From Phyllobates terribilis (lineage: Eukaryota), in the NCBI RefSeq assembly GCF_046119375.1, contig NW_027362769.1:385950001-386014000 (forward strand): a DNA stretch of 64,000 nt. Direction: 5' to 3'. The notes under the pieces were generated by a model. That model made no database searches and was not told where the DNA came from. It saw only the letters and a list, made by a program, of their open reading frames with translations. The position numbers and the translations under genes were made by a program. The first letter of the stretch is position 1, and every line of letters starts with the position of its first letter. This document shows, piece by piece, positions 39,101 through 54,100 of the stretch.

Positions 39101-42100
39101 CTTGTACATAGGGGCAGTATTATAGTAGTTATATTCTTGTACATAGGAGCAGTATTATAGTAGTTATATTCTTGTACATAAGGGGCAGTATTATAGTAGT
39201 TATATTCTTGTACATAGGAGCAGCATTATAGTAGTTATATTCTTGTACATAGGGGGCAGTATTAAAGTAGTTATATTCTTGTACATAGGGAGCAGTATTA
39301 TAGTAGTTATATTCTTGCGTATAGGGAGCAGTATTATAGTAGTTATATTCTTGTACATAGGGGCAGTATTATAGTAGTTATATTCTTATACATAGGGGGC
39401 AGTATTATAGTAGTTATATTCTTGTACATAGGAGCAGTATTATAGTAGTTATATTCTTGTACATAGGGGCAGTATTATAGTAGTTATATTCTTGTACATA
39501 GGAGCAGTATTATAGTAGCTATATTCTTGTACATACGGGCAGTATTATAGTAGTTATATTCTTGTACATAGGAGCAGTATTATAGTAGTTATATTCTTGC
39601 ACATAGGGGCAGTATTATAGTAGTTATATTCTTGTACATAGGGGCAGTATTATAGTAGTTATATTCTTGTACATAGGGGCAGTATTATAGTAGTTATATT
39701 CTTGTACATAGGTGCAGTATTATAGTAGTTATATTCTTGTATATAGGAGCAGTATTATAGTAGTTATATTCTTGTATATAGGAGCAGTATTATAGTAGTT
39801 ATATTCTTGTATATAGGAGCGGTATTACAGTAGATATATTCTTGTACATAGGGGCAGTATTATAGTAGTTATATTCTTGTACATAGGGGCAGTATTATAG
39901 TAGTTATATTCTTGTACATAGGGGGCAGTATTATAGTAGTTATATTCTTGTATATAGGAGCAGTATTATAGTAGTTATATTCTTGTACATAGGAGCAGTA
40001 TTATAGTAGTTATATTCTTGTATATAGGAGCGGTATTACAGTAGTTATATTCTTGTACATAGGAGCAGTATTACAGTAGTTATATTCTTGTATATAGGAG
40101 CAGTATTACAGTAGTTATATTCTTGTACATAGGGGCAGTATTATAGTAGTTATACTCTTGTACATAGGGGCAGTATTATAGTAGTTATACTCTTGTACAT
40201 AGGAGCAGTATTATAGTAGTTATATTCTTGTACATAGGGACAGTATTATAGTAGTTATATTCTTGTACATAGGGGCAATATTATAGTAGTTATATACTTG
40301 TACATAGGGGCAGAATTATAGTAGTTATACTCTTGTACATAGGAGCAGTATTATAGTAGTTATATTCTTGTACATAGGGGCAGTATTCTATTAGTTATAT
40401 TCTTGTACATAGGGACTGTATTATAGTAGTTATATTCTTGTACATAGGGGCAGTATTATAGTAGTCATAATCTTATATATAGGGGGCAGTATTATAGTAG
40501 TTATATGCTTGGACATGGGGCAGTATTATAGAAGTTATATTCTTGTACATAGGAGCAGTATTATAGTAGTTATATTCTTATACATAGGGTGCAGTATTAT
40601 AGTAATTATATTCTTGTACATAGGGGCAGTATTATAGTAGTTATATTCTTGTACATAGGGGCAGTATTATAGAAGTTATATTCTTGTACATAGGAGCAGT
40701 ATTATAGTAGTTATATTCTTGTATATAGGGGGCAGTATTATAGTAGTTATATTCTTGTACATAGGGAGTAGTATTATAGTAGTTATATTCTTGTACATAG
40801 GGGCAGTATTATAGTAGCTATATTCTTGTACATAGGGAGCAGTATTATAGTAGATATATTCTTGTACATAGGGGGCAGTATTATAGTAGTTATATTCTTG
40901 TACATAGGGGCAGTATTATAATAGTTATATTCTTGTACACAGGAACAGTATTATAATAGTTATATTCTTGTACATAGGGGGCAGTATTATAGAAGTTATA
41001 TTCTTGTACATAGAGGGCAGTATTATAGTAGTTATATTCTTGTACATAGGGGCAGTATTATAGTAGTTATATTCTTGTACATAGGGGGCTGTATTATAGT
41101 AGTTACATTCTTGTACATAGGAGCAGTATTATAGTAGTTATATTCTTGTACATAGGGGCAGTATTATAGTAGTTATATTCTTGTACATAGGGGGCAGTAT
41201 TATAGTAGTTATATTCTTTTACATAGGGGCAGTATTATAGTAGTTATATTCTTGTACATAGGGGGCTGTATTATAGTAGTTATATTCTTGTACATAGGAG
41301 CAGTATTATAGTAGTTATATTCTTGTACATAGGGGCAGTATTATAGTAGTTATATTCTTGTACATAGGAGCAGTATTATAGTAGTTATATTCTTGTACAT
41401 AGGAGCAGTATTATAGTAGTTATATTCTTGTACATAGGGGCAGTATTATAGTAGTTATATTCTTGTACATAGGAGCAGTATTATAGTAGTTATATTCTTG
41501 TACATAGGGAGCAGTATTATAGTAGTTATATTCTTGTACATAGGGGCAGTATTATAGTAGTCATATTCTTGTACATAGGAGCAGTATTATAGTAGTTATA
41601 TTCTTGTACATAAGGGGCAGTATTATAGTAGTTATATTCTTGTACATAGGAGCAGTATTATAGTAGTTATATTCTTGTACATAGGGGACAGTATTAAAGT
41701 AGTTATATTCTTGTACATAGAGGGCAGTATTATAGTAGTTATATTCTTGTATATAGGAGCAGTATTATAGTAGTTATATTCTTGTACATAGGGAGCAGTA
41801 TTATAGTAGTTATATTCTTGTACATAGGGGCAGTATTATAGTAGTTATATTCTTGTACATAGGGAGCAGTATTATAGTAGTTATATTCTTGTACATAGGG
41901 GCAGTATTATAGTAGTTATATTCTTGTACATAGGGGGCAGTATTATAGTAGTTATATTCTTGTACATAGGGAGCAGTATTATAGTAGTTATATTCTTATA
42001 CATAGAGGGCAGTATTATAGTAGTTATATTCTTGTACATAGGGAGCAGTATTATAGTAGTTATATTCTTGTACATAGGGAGCAGTATTATAGTAGTTATA

Positions 42101-45100
42101 TTCTTGTATATAGGGGGCAGTATTATAGTAGTTATATTCTTGTACATAGGGGCAGTATTATAGTATTTATATTCTTGTATATAGGAGCAGTATTATAGTA
42201 GTTATATTCTTGTACATAGGGAGCAGTATTATAGTAGTTATATTCTTGTACATAGGGAGCAGTATTATAGTAGTTATATTCTTGTACATAGGGGCAGTAT
42301 TATAGTAATTATATTCTTGTACATAGGGGGCAGTATTATAGTAGTTATATTCTTGTACATGGGGGCAGTATTATAGTAATATAAATTCTTGTATATAGGA
42401 GCAGTATTATAGTAGTTATATTCTTGTACATAGGGGCAGTATTATAGTAGTTATATTCTTGTACATAGGGAGCAGTATTATAGTAGTTAAATTCTTGTAC
42501 ATAGGGGGCAGTATTATAGTAGTTATATTCCTGTACATAGGAGCAGTATTATAGTAGTTATATTCTTGTATATAGAGGCAGTATTATAGTAGTTATATTC
42601 TTGTACATAGGGGCAGTATTATAGTAGTTATATTCTTGTACATAGGGGCAGTATTATAGTAGTTATATTCTTGTACATAGGGGGCAGTATTATAGTAGTT
42701 ATATTCTTGTACATAAGGGGCAGTATTATAGTAGTTATATTCTTGTACATAGGAGCAGTATTATAGTAGTTATATTCTTGTACATAGGGGGCAGTATTAA
42801 AGTAGTTATATTCTTGTACATAGGGAGCAGTATTATAGTAGTTATATTCTTGCATATAGGGAGCAGTATTATAGTAGTTATATTCTTGTACATAGGGGCA
42901 GTATTATAGTAGTCATATTCTTGTACATAGGAGCAGTATTATAGTAGTTATATTCTTGTACATAAGGGGCAGTATTATAGTAGTTATATTCTTGTACATA
43001 GGAGCAGTATTATAGTAGTTATATTCTTGTACATAGGGGGCAGTATTAAAGTAGTTATATTCTTGTAAATAGAGGGCAGTATTATAGTAGTTATATTCTT
43101 GTATATAGGAGCAGTATTATAGTAGTTATATTCTTGTACATAGGGAGCAGTATTATAGTAGTTATATTCTTGTACATAGGGGCAGTATTATAGTAGTTAT
43201 ATTCTTGTACATAGGGAGCAGTATTATAGTAGTTATATTCTTGTACATAGGGGCAGTATTATAGTAGTTATATTCTTGTACATAGGGGGCAGTATTATAG
43301 TAGTTATATTCTTGTACATAGGGAGCAGTATTATAGTAGTTATATTCTTATACATAGAGGGCAGTATTATAGTAGTTATATTCTTGTACATAGGGAGCAG
43401 TATTATAGTAGTTATATTCTTGTACATAGGGAGCAGTATTATAGTAGTTATATTCTTGTATATAGGGGGCAGTATTATAGTAGTTATATTCTTGTACATA
43501 GGGGCAGTATTATAGTAGTTATATTCTTGTACATAGGAGCAGTATTATAGTAGTTATATTCTTGTACATAGGGAGCAGTATTATAGTAGTTATATTCTTG
43601 TACATAGGGGGCAGTATTATAGTAGCTATATTCTTGTACATAGGAGCAGTATTATAGTAGCTATATTCTTGTATATAGGGGCAGTATTATAGTAGTTATA
43701 TTCTTGTACATAGGGGCAGTATTATAGTAGTTATATTCTTGTATATAGGAGCAGTATTATAGTGGTTATATTCTTGTACATAGGGAGCAGTATTATAGTA
43801 GTTATATTCTTGTACATAGGGAGCAGTATTATAGTAGTTATATTCTTGTACATAGGGGCAGTATTATAGTAGTTATATTGTTGTACATAGGGGGCAGTAT
43901 TAAAGTAGTTATATTCTTGTACATAGGGAGCAGTATTATAGTAGTTATATTCTTGCATATAGGGAGCAGTATTATAGTAGTTATATTCTTGTACATAGGG
44001 GCAGTATTATAGTAGTTATATTCTTGTACATAGGAGCAGTATTATAGTAGTTATATTCTTGTACATAAGGGGCAGTATTATAGTAGTTATATTCTTGTAC
44101 ATAGGAGCAGCATTATAGTAGTTATATTCTTGTACATAGGGGGCAGTATTAAAGTAGTTATATTCTTGTACATAGGGAGCAGTATTATAGTAGTTATATT
44201 CTTGCGTATAGGGAGCAGTATTATAGTAGTTATATTCTTGTACATAGGGGCAGTATTATAGTAGTTATATTCTTGTACATAGGGGCAGTATTATAGTAGT
44301 TATATTCTTATACATAGGGGGCAGTATTATAGTAGTTATATTCTTGTACATAGGAGCAGTATTATAGTAGTTATATTCTTGTACATAGGGGCAGTATTAT
44401 AGTAGTTATATTCTTGTACATAGGAGCAGTATTATAGTAGCTATATTCTTGTACATACGGGCAGTATTATAGTAGTTATATTCTTGTACATAGGAGCAGT
44501 ATTATAGTAGTTATATTCTTGCACATAGGGGCAGTATTATAGTAGTTATATTCTTGTACATAGGGGCAGTATTATAGTAGTTATATTCTTGTACATAGGG
44601 GCAGTATTATAGTAGTTATATTCTAGTACATACGGGCAGTATTATAGTAGTTATATTCTTGTACATAGGAGCAGTATTATAGTAGTTATATTCTTGTACA
44701 TAGGAGCAGTATTATAGTAGTTATATTCTTGTACATACGGGCAGTATTATAGTAGTTATATTCTTGTACATAGCTGCAGTATTATAGTAGTTATAGTCTA
44801 GTACATACGGGCAGTATTATAGTAGTTATATTCTTGTACATAGGGGGCAGTATTATAGTAGTTATATTCTTGTACATAGGGGCAGTATTATAGTAGTTAT
44901 ATTCTTGTACATACGGGCAGTATTATAGTAGTTATATACTAGTACATACGGGCAGTATTATAGTAATTATATTCTTGTACATACGGGCAGTATTATAGTA
45001 GTTATATTCTTGCACATAGGGGGCAGTATTATAGTAGTTATATTCTTGTACATAGGGGCAGTATTATAGTAGTTATATTCTTGCACGTAGGAGCAGTATT

Positions 45101-48100
45101 ATAGTAGTTATATTCTTGTACATAGGGGCAGTATTATAGTAGTTATATTCTTGTACATAGGCAGCAGTATTATAGTAGTTATATTCTTGTACATAGGGGC
45201 AGTATTATAGTAGTTATATTCTTGTACATAGGGGGCAGTATTATAGTAGTTATATTCTTGTACATAGGGAGCAGTATTATAGTAGTTATATTCTTATACA
45301 TAGAGGGCAGTATTATAGTAGTTATATTCTTGTACATAGGGAGCAGTATTATAGTAGTTATATTCTTGTACATAGGGAGCAGTATTATAGTAGTTATATT
45401 CTTGTATATAGGGGGCAGTATTATAGTAGTTATATTCTTGTACATAGGGGCAGTATTATAGTAGTTATATTCTTGTACATAGGAGCAGTATTATAGTAGT
45501 TATATTCTTGTACATAGGGAGCAGTATTATAGTAGTTATATTCTTGTACATAGGGGGCAGTATTATAGTAGCTATATTCTTGTACATAGGAGCAGTATTA
45601 TAGTAGCTATATTCTTGTATATAGGGGCAGTATTATAGTAGTTATATTCTTGTACATAGGGGCAGTATTATAGTAGTTATATTCTTGTATATAGGAGCAG
45701 TATTATAGTGGTTATATTCTTGTACATAGGGAGCAGTATTATAGTAGTTATATTCTTGTACATAGGGAGCAGTATTATAGTAGTTATATTCTTGTACATA
45801 GGAGCAGTATTATAGTGGTTATATTCTTGTACATAGGGGCAGTATTATAGTAGTTATATTCTTGTACATAGGGGGCAGTATTAAAGTAGTTATATTCTTG
45901 TACATAGGGAGCAGTATTATAGTAGTTATATTCTTGCATATAGGGAGCAGTATTATAGTAGTTATATTCTTGTACATAGGGGCAGTATTATAGTAGTTAT
46001 ATTCTTGTACATAGGAGCAGTATTATAGTAGTTATATTCTTGTACATAAGGGGCAGTATTATAGTAGTTATATTCTTGTACATAGGAGCAGCATTATAGT
46101 AGTTATATTCTTGTACATAGGGGGCAGTATTAAAGTAGTTATATTCTTGTACATAGGGAGCAGTATTATAGTAGTTATATTCTTGCGTATAGGGAGCAGT
46201 ATTATAGTAGTTATATTCTTGTACATAGGGGCAGTATTATAGTAGTTATATTCTTGTACATAGGGGCAGTATTATAGTAGTTATATTCTTATACATAGGG
46301 GGCAGTATTATAGTAGTTATATTCTTGTACATAGGAGCAGTATTATAGTAGTTATATTCTTGTACATAGGGGCAGTATTATAGTAGTTATATTCTTGTAC
46401 ATAGGAGCAGTATTATAGTAGCTATATTCTTGTACATACGGGCAGTATTATAGTAGTTATATTCTTGTACATAGGAGCAGTATTATAGTAGTTATATTCT
46501 TGCACATAGGGGGCAGTATTATAGTAGTTATATTCTTGTACATAGGGGCAGTATTATAGTAGTTATATTCTTGTACATAGGGGCAGTATTATAGTAGTTA
46601 TATTCTAGTACATACGGGCAGTATTATAGTAGTTATATTCTTGTACATAGGAGCAGTATTATAGTAGTTATATTCTTGTACATAGGAGCAGTATTATAGT
46701 AGTTATATTCTTGTACATACGGGCAGTATTATAGTAGTTATATTCTTGTACATAGCAGCAGTATTATAGTAGTTATAGTCTAGTACATACGGGCAGTATT
46801 ATAGTAGTTATATTCTTGTACATAGGGGGCAGTATTATAGTAGTTATATTCTTGTACATAGGGGCAGTATTATAGTAGTTATATTCTTGTACATACGGGC
46901 AGTATTATAGTAGTTATATACTAGTACATACGGGCAGTATTATAGTAATTATATTCTTGTACATACGGGCAGTATTATAGTAGTTATATTCTTGCACATA
47001 GGGGGCAGTATTATAGTAGTTATATTCTTGTACATAGGGGCAGTATTATAGTAGTTATATTCTTGCATGTAGGAGCAGTATTATAGTAGTTATATTCTTG
47101 TACATAAGAGCAGTATTATAGTAGTTATATTCTTGTACATAGGGGCAGTATTATAGTAGTTATATTCTTGTACATAGGGGCAGTATTATAGTAGTTATAT
47201 TCTAGTACATACGGGCAGTATTATAGTAGTTATATTCTTGTATATAAGAGCGGTATTACAGTAGTTATATTCTATACATAGGGGGCAGTATTATAGTAGT
47301 TATATTCTTGAACATAGGAGCAGAATTACAGTAGTTATATTCTTGTATATAGGAGCAGTATTATAGTAGTTATATTCTTGTATATAGGAGCGGTATTACA
47401 GTAATTATATTCTTGTACATAGGGGCAGTATTATAGTAGTTATATTCTTGTACATAGGGGCAGTATTATAGTAGTTATATTCTTGTACATAGGGGCAGTA
47501 TTATAGTAGTTATATTCTTGTACATAAGAGCAGTATTATAGTAGTTATATTCTTGTACATACGGGCAGTATTATAGTAGTTATATTCTTGTACATAGGGG
47601 CAGTATTATAGTAGTTATATTCTTGTACATAGGGGGCAGTATTATAGTAGTTATATTCTTGTATATAGGGGCGGTATTACAGTAGTTATATTCTTGTACA
47701 TAGGAGCAGTATTTAGTAGTTATATTCTTGTACATAGGAGCAGTATTATAGTAGTTATTTTCTTGTATATAGGAGCAGTATTATAGTAGTTATATTCTTG
47801 TATATAGGAGCGGTATTACAGTAGTTATATTCTTGTACATAGGGGCAGTATTATAGTAGTTATATTCTTGTACATAGGTGCAGTATTATAGTAGTTATAT
47901 TCTTGTATATAGGAGCAGTATTATAGTAGTTATATTCTTGTATATAGGAGCAGTATTATAGTAGTTATATTCTTGTATATAGGAGCGGTATTACAGTAGA
48001 TATATTCTTGTACATAGGGGCAGTATTATAGTAGTTATATTCTTGTACATAGGGGCAGTATTATAGTAGTTATATTCTTGTACATAGGGGGCAGTATTAT

Positions 48101-51100
48101 AGTAGTTATATTCTTGTATATAGGAGCAGTATTATAGTAGTTATATTCTTGTACATAGGAGCAGTATTATAGTAGTTATATTCTTGTATATAGGAGCGGT
48201 ATTACAGTAGTTATATTCTTGTACATAGGAGCAGTATTACAGTAGTTATATTCTTGTATATAGGAGCAGTATTACAGTAGTTATATTCTTGTACATAGGG
48301 GCAGTATTATAGTAGTTATACTCTTGTACATAGGGGCAGTATTATAGTAGTTATACTCTTGTACATAGGAGCAGTATTATAGTAGTTATATTCTTGTACA
48401 TAGGGACAGTATTATAGTAGTTATATTCTTGTACATAGGGGCAATATTATAGTAGTTATATTCTTGTACATAGGGGCAGAATTATAGTAGTTATACTCTT
48501 GTACATAGGAGCAGTATTATAGTAGTTATATTCTTGTACATAGGGGCAGTATTCTATTAGTTATATTCTTGTACATAGGGACTGTATTATAGTAGTTATA
48601 TTCTTGTACATAGGGGCAGTATTATAGTAGTCATAATCTTATATATAGGGGGCAGTATTATAGTAGTTATATGCTTGGACATGGGGCAGTATTATAGAAG
48701 TTATATTCTTGTACATAGGAGCAGTATTATAGTAGTTATATTCTTATACATAGGGTGCAGTATTATAGTAATTATATTCTTGTACATAGGGGCAGTATTA
48801 TAGTAGTTATATTCTTGTACATAGGGGCAGTATTATAGAAGTTATATTCTTGTACATAGGAGCAGTATTATAGTAGTTATATTCTTGTATATAGGGGGCA
48901 GTATTATAGTAGTTATATTCTTGTACATAGGGAGTAGTATTATAGTAGTTATATTCTTGTACATAGGGGCAGTATTATAGTAGCTATATTCTTGTACATA
49001 GGGAGCAGTATTATAGTAGATATATTCTTGTACATAGGGGGCAGTATTATAGTAGTTATATTCTTGTACATAGGGGCAGTATTATAATAGTTATATTCTT
49101 GTACACAGGAACAGTATTATAATAGTTATATTCTTGTACATAGGGGGCAGTATTATAGAAGTTATATTCTTGTACATAGAGGGCAGTATTATAGTAGTTA
49201 TATTCTTGTACATAGGGGCAGTATTATAGTAGTTATATTCTTGTACATAGGGGGCTGTATTATAGTAGTTATATTCTTGTACATAGGAGCAGTATTATAG
49301 TAGTTATATTCTTGTACATAGGGGCAGTATTATAGTAGTTATATTCTTGTACATAGGGGGCAGTATTATAGTAGTTATATTCTTTTACATAGGGGCAGTA
49401 TTATAGTAGTTATATTCTTGTACATAGGGGGCTGTATTATAGTAGTTATATTCTTGTACATAGGAGCAGTATTATAGTAGTTATATTCTTGTACATAGGG
49501 GCAGTATTATAGTAGTTATATTCTTGTACATAGGAGCAGTATTATAGTAGTTATATTCTTGTACATAGGAGCAGTATTATAGTAGTTATATTCTTGTACA
49601 TAGGGGCAGTATTATAGTAGTTATATTCTTGTACATAGGGAGCTGTATTATAGTAGTTATATTCTTGTACATAGGAGCAGTATTATAGTAGTTATATTCT
49701 TGTACATAGGGAGCAGTATTATAGTAGTTATATTCTTGTACATAGGGGACAGTATTATAGTAGTCATATTCTTATACATAGGGGGCAGTATTATAGTAGT
49801 TATATTCTTGTACATAGGGGTAGTATTATAGTAGATATATTCTTGTACATAGGGGGCAGTATTATAGTAGTTATATTCTTGTACATAGGGGCAGTATTAT
49901 AGTTGTTATATTCTTTTACATAGGGGCAGTATTATAGTAGTTATATTCTTGTACATAGGGAGCAGTATTATAGTAGTTATATTCTTGTACATAGGGGGCA
50001 GTATTATAGTAGTTATATTCTTGTACATAGGGGGCAGTATTATAGTACTTATATTCTTGTACATAGGGGGCAGTATTATAGTAGTTATAGTCTTGTTCAT
50101 AGGGGCAGTATTATAGTAGTTATATTGTACATAGGGGCAGCATTATAGTAGTTATATTCTTGTACATAGGGGCAGTATTATAGTAGTTATATTCTTGTAC
50201 ATAGGGGCAGTATTATAGTAGTTATATTCTTGTACATAGGAGCAGTATTATAGTAGTTATATTCTTGTACATACGGGCAGTATTATAGTAGTTATATTCT
50301 TGTACATAGGGGCAGTATTATAGTAGTTATATTCTTGTACATAGGGGGCAGTATTATAGTAGTTATATTCTTGTATATAGGAGCGGTATTACAGTAGTTA
50401 TATTCTTGTACATAGGAGCAGTATTTAGTAGTTATATTCTTGTACATAGGAGCAGTATTATAGTAGTTATTTTCTTGTATATAGGAGCAGTATTATAGTA
50501 GTTATATTCTTGTATATAGGAGCAGTATTACAGTAGTTATATTCTTGTACATAGGGGCAGTATTATAGTAGTTATATTCTTGTACATAGGGGCAGTATTA
50601 TAGTAGTTATATTCTTGTATATAGGAGCAGTATTATAGTAGTTATATTCTTGTATATAGGAGCAGTATTATAGTAGTTATATTCTTGTATATAGGAGCGG
50701 TATTACAGTAGATATATTCTTGTACATAGGGGCAGTATTTTAGTAGTTATATTCTTGTACATAGGTGCAGTATTATAGTAGTTATATTCTTGTACATAGG
50801 GGGCAGTATTATAGTAGTTATATTCTTGTATATAGGAGCAGTATTATAGTAGTTATATTCTTGTACATAGGAGCAGTATTATAGTAGTTATATTCTTGTA
50901 CATAGGAGCGGTATTACAGTAGTTATATTCTTGTACATAGGAGCAGTATTACAGTAGTTATATTCTTGTATATAGGAGCAGTATTACAGTAGTTATATTC
51001 TTGTACATAGGAGCAGTATTATAGCAGTTATATTCTTGTATATAGGAGCGGTATTACAGTAGTTATATTCTTGTACATAGGGGCAGTATTATAGTAGTTA

Positions 51101-54100
51101 TATTCTTGTACATAGGGGCAGTATTATAGTAGTTATATTCTTGTACATACGGGGCAGTATTATAGTAGTTATATTCTTATACATAGGGGGCAGTATTATA
51201 GTAGTTATATTCCTGTACATAGGAGCAGTATTATAGTAGTTATATTCTTGTACATAAGAGCAGTGTTATAGCAGTTATATTCTTGTACATAGAGGCAGTA
51301 TTATAGAAGTTATATTCTTGTACCTAGGAGCAGTATTATAGTAGTTATATTCTTGTACATACGGGGCAGTATTATAGTAGTTATATTCTTATACATACGG
51401 GGCAGTATTATAGTAGTTATATTCTTATACATAGGGGGCAGTATTATAGTAGTTATATTCTTGTACATAGGAGCAGTATTATAGTAGTTATATTCTTGTA
51501 CATAGGGGCAGTATTATAGTAGCTATATTCTTGTACATAGGAGCAGTATTATAGTAGTTATATTCTTGTACATAGGGGGCAGTATTATAGTAGTTATTTT
51601 CTTGTACATAGGGGGCAGTATTATAGTAGTTATATTCTTGTACATAGGGGGCAGTATTATAGTAGTTATATTCTTGTACATAGGAGCAGTATTATAGTAG
51701 TTATATTCTTGTACGTAGGAGCAGTATTATAGTAGTTATATTCTTATACATAGGGAGTAGTATTATAGTAGTTATATTCTTTTACATAGGAGCAGTATTA
51801 TAGTAGTTATATTCTTGTACATAGGAGCAGTATTATAGTAGTTATATTCCTGTACATAGGAGCATTATTATAGTAGTTATATTCTTATACATAGGGAGTA
51901 GTATTATAGTAGTTATATTCTTGTACATAGGAGCAGTATTATAGTAGTTATATTCTTGTACATAGGGGCAGTATTATAATAGTTATATTCTTATACATAG
52001 GGGGCAGTATTATAGTAGTTATATTCCTGTACATACGAGCAGTATTATAGTAGTTATATTCTTGTACATAGGGGCAGTATTATAGTAGTTATATTCCTGT
52101 ACATAGGGGGCAGTATTATAGTAGTTATATTCTTGTACATAGAGGCAGAATTATAGAAGTTAAATTCTTGTACATAGGAGCAGTATTATAGTAGTTATAT
52201 TCTTGTACATACGGGGCAGTATTATAGTAGTTATATTTTTGTCCATAGGGGGCAGTATTATAGTAGTTATATTCTTGTACATAGGAGCAGTATTATAGTA
52301 GTTATATTCTTGTACATAGGGGCAGTATTATAGTAGTTACATTCTTTTACACAGGGGGCAGTATTATAGTAGTTATATTCTTGTACATAGGAGCAGTATT
52401 ATAGTAGTTATATTCTTGTACATAGAGGCAGTATTATAGTAGGTATATTCTTGTACATAGGGGGCAGTATTATAGTAGTTATATTCTTGTACATAGGGGG
52501 CAGTATTATAGTAGTTATATTCTTGTACATTGGGGCAGTATTATAGTAGTTATATTCTTGTACATAGGGGGCAGTATTCTATTAGTTATATTCTTGTACA
52601 TAGGGACAGTATTATAGTAGTTATATTCTTGTACATAGGGGCAGTATTCTATTAGTTATATTCTTGTACATAGGGGCAGTATTATAGTAGTCATATTCTT
52701 ATACATAGGGGGCAGTATTATAGTAGTTATATTCTTGTACATAGGGGCAGTATTATAGTAGTTATATTCTTGCACATAGGGAGCAGTATTATAGTAGATA
52801 TATTCTTGTACATAGGGGGCAGTATTATAGTAGTTATATTCTTGTACATAGGGGCAGTATTATAATAGTTATATTCTTGTACACAGGAGCAGTATTATAG
52901 TAGTTATATTCTTGTACATAGGGGCAGTATTATAGTACTTATAATCTTATACATAGGGGGCATTATTATAGTAGTTATATTCTTATACATAGGGGGCAGT
53001 ATTATAGTAGTCATATTCTTGTTCAAAGGAGCAGTATTATAGTGGTTATATTCTTGTACATAGAGGCAGTATTATAGTAGTTATATTCTTGTACATGTGA
53101 GCAGTATTATAGTAGCCATATTCTTGTACATAGTGGCAGTATTATAGTAGTTATATTCTTGTACATAGGGGCAGTATTATAGTAGTTATATTCTTGTACA
53201 TAAGGGCAGTATTATAGTAGTTATATTCTTGTACATAGGGACAGTATTATAGTAGTTATATTCTTGTACATAGGGGCAATATTATAGTAGTTATATTCTT
53301 GTACATAGGGGCAGTATTATAGTAGTTATACTCTTGTACATAGGAGCAGTATTATAGTAGTTATATTCTTGTACATAGGGGCAGTATTCTATTAGTTATA
53401 TTCTTGTACATAGGGACTGTATTATAGTAGTTATATTCTTGTACATAGGGGCAGTATTATAGTAGTCATAATCTTATATATAGGGGGCAGTATTATAGTA
53501 GTTATATTCTTGGACATGGGGCAGTATTATAGAAGTTATATTCTTGTACATAGGAGCAGTATTATAGTAGTTATATTCTTATACATAGGGTGCAGTATTA
53601 TAGTAATTATATTCTTGTACATAGGGGCAGTATTATAGTAGTTATATTCTTGTACATAGGGGCAGTATTATAGAAGTTATATTCTTGTACATAGGAGCAG
53701 TATTATAGTAGTTATATTCTTGTATATAGGGGGCAGTATTATAGTAGTTATATTCTTGTACATAAGGAGTAGTATTATAGTAGTTATATTCTTGTACATA
53801 GGGGCAGTATTATAGTAGCTATATTCTTGTACATAGGGAGCAGTATTATAGTAGATATATTCTTGTACATAGGGGGCAGTATTATAGTAGTTATATTCTT
53901 GTACATAGGGGCAGTATTATAATAGTTATATTCTTGTACACAGGAACAGTATTATAATAGTTATATTCTTGTACATAGGGGGCAGTATTATAGAAGTTAT
54001 ATTCTTGTACATAGGGGGCAGTATTATAGTAGTTATATTCTTGTACATAGGGGCAGTATTATAGTTGTTATATTCTTTTACATAGGGGCAGTATTATAGT

